A stretch of DNA of 59,658 bases, the filler included, from Nitrospinota bacterium (lineage in GTDB: Bacteria; JADFOP01), in the NCBI GenBank assembly GCA_022562795.1. It is 3 parts of 3 records of this genome, joined end to end, with 100 filler letters (N's around TTAATTAATTAA, not from the genome) between each part and the next. Parts side by side here need not be neighbours in the genome. Positions count along the whole stretch, not along the records: positions 53,003 to 59,658 come from JADFOP010000065.1; 2 more parts are not named here. One strand, 5' to 3'. A program made the position numbers and the translations under genes. Numbering within the stretch: position 1 is the stretch's first letter; each line of letters begins with the position of its first letter. Shown in pieces: positions 59,268-59,658 of this stretch. A model generated the notes under the pieces. It made no database searches and had not been told where the DNA came from. It saw only the letters and a list, made by a program, of their open reading frames with translations.

Positions 59268-59400
59268 GCTGGAAGACTTTTCGGGCTGATAAGCTCATAC
59301 GTACCCACAGAATTACCGTGGGGATTTAGCCACTCCCCCGTTAAGGCCTGTCGGATGGGTGTCACCCTCTATGAAGATGCCCGACTGCGTTGTCTGGCGA

Positions 59401-59658
59401 TCATCCACCAGCTTTCCGGATGGCGTCCATCGCGGTCTCATAGAGCCTCTCAGGTAATGTTAACATCATTTGATTAAGGACCTGTTGCTGATTTTGTCGT
59501 ATTTTTTGCAAATCACGATTCGCCAATCGGGAGTCATCCTCCACAGAGGCTAGTTGTTGTTCCAAATCCTTGATATATCGCTCAAGCTCTGGTTGAGATG
59601 AAATAACGCTTCCTTGCTCGACCACAACCTCTCCAGTAATCCCCGACTTTAAACTAAA
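59401..59658 (-). CDS. hypothetical protein, 3' part (frame open to window edge)
   Basis: No stop from 59658 down to the TGA at 59401-59403; helical Gln-rich C-terminus. Confidence 0.6.
   Translation of the reverse strand, partial: FSLKSGITGEVVVEQGSVISSQPELERYIKDLEQQLASVEDDSRLANRDLQKIRQNQQQVLNQMMLTLPERLYETAMDAIRKAGG

Overview
This window is three GC-rich bacterial contigs joined by artificial N44-TTAATTAATTAA-N44 spacers (26551-26650, 52903-53002), so adjacency across the spacers means nothing. It looks like a draft or MAG of an uncultured diderm bacterium; the taxon cannot be determined from the sequence. Contig 1 (1-26550) has two divergent branched-chain amino acid (liv) ABC systems and a glutamate dehydrogenase with an animal-type antenna insertion. 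It also carries an orphan Flp pilin, cobQ, tRNA-Ala(GGC), queF with a degenerate HerA-like ATPase, tenA, a CoA-transferase, a patatin and an A2-type cytochrome c oxidase operon. It ends in a low-GC segment containing an unlisted DNA methyltransferase 3' end. Contig 2 (26651-52902) has a Tad/Flp pilus locus with a perfect sigma54 promoter, a GC-mosaic PAS histidine kinase, nadK, a GTAG-REP/BIME cluster, MEMO1 plus an AAA ATPase, a Fur-boxed Fe3+ ABC operon and trmJ. Its last ~1.2 kb appears to be a Pseudomonas-like assembly chimera. Contig 3 (53003-59658) has a TPR protein, an egtD-betaine/ergothioneine-type ABC-MetE-like cluster and pal. The most notable items are two otherwise intact genes (livG, tadB) each broken by one in-frame TAG, the egtD/transporter/MetE-like cluster lacking egtB, the REP array with its own promoter, phased 10-bp A-tract repeats, and the microhomology chimera. 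All family calls come from motif recognition by eye; no database searches were run.
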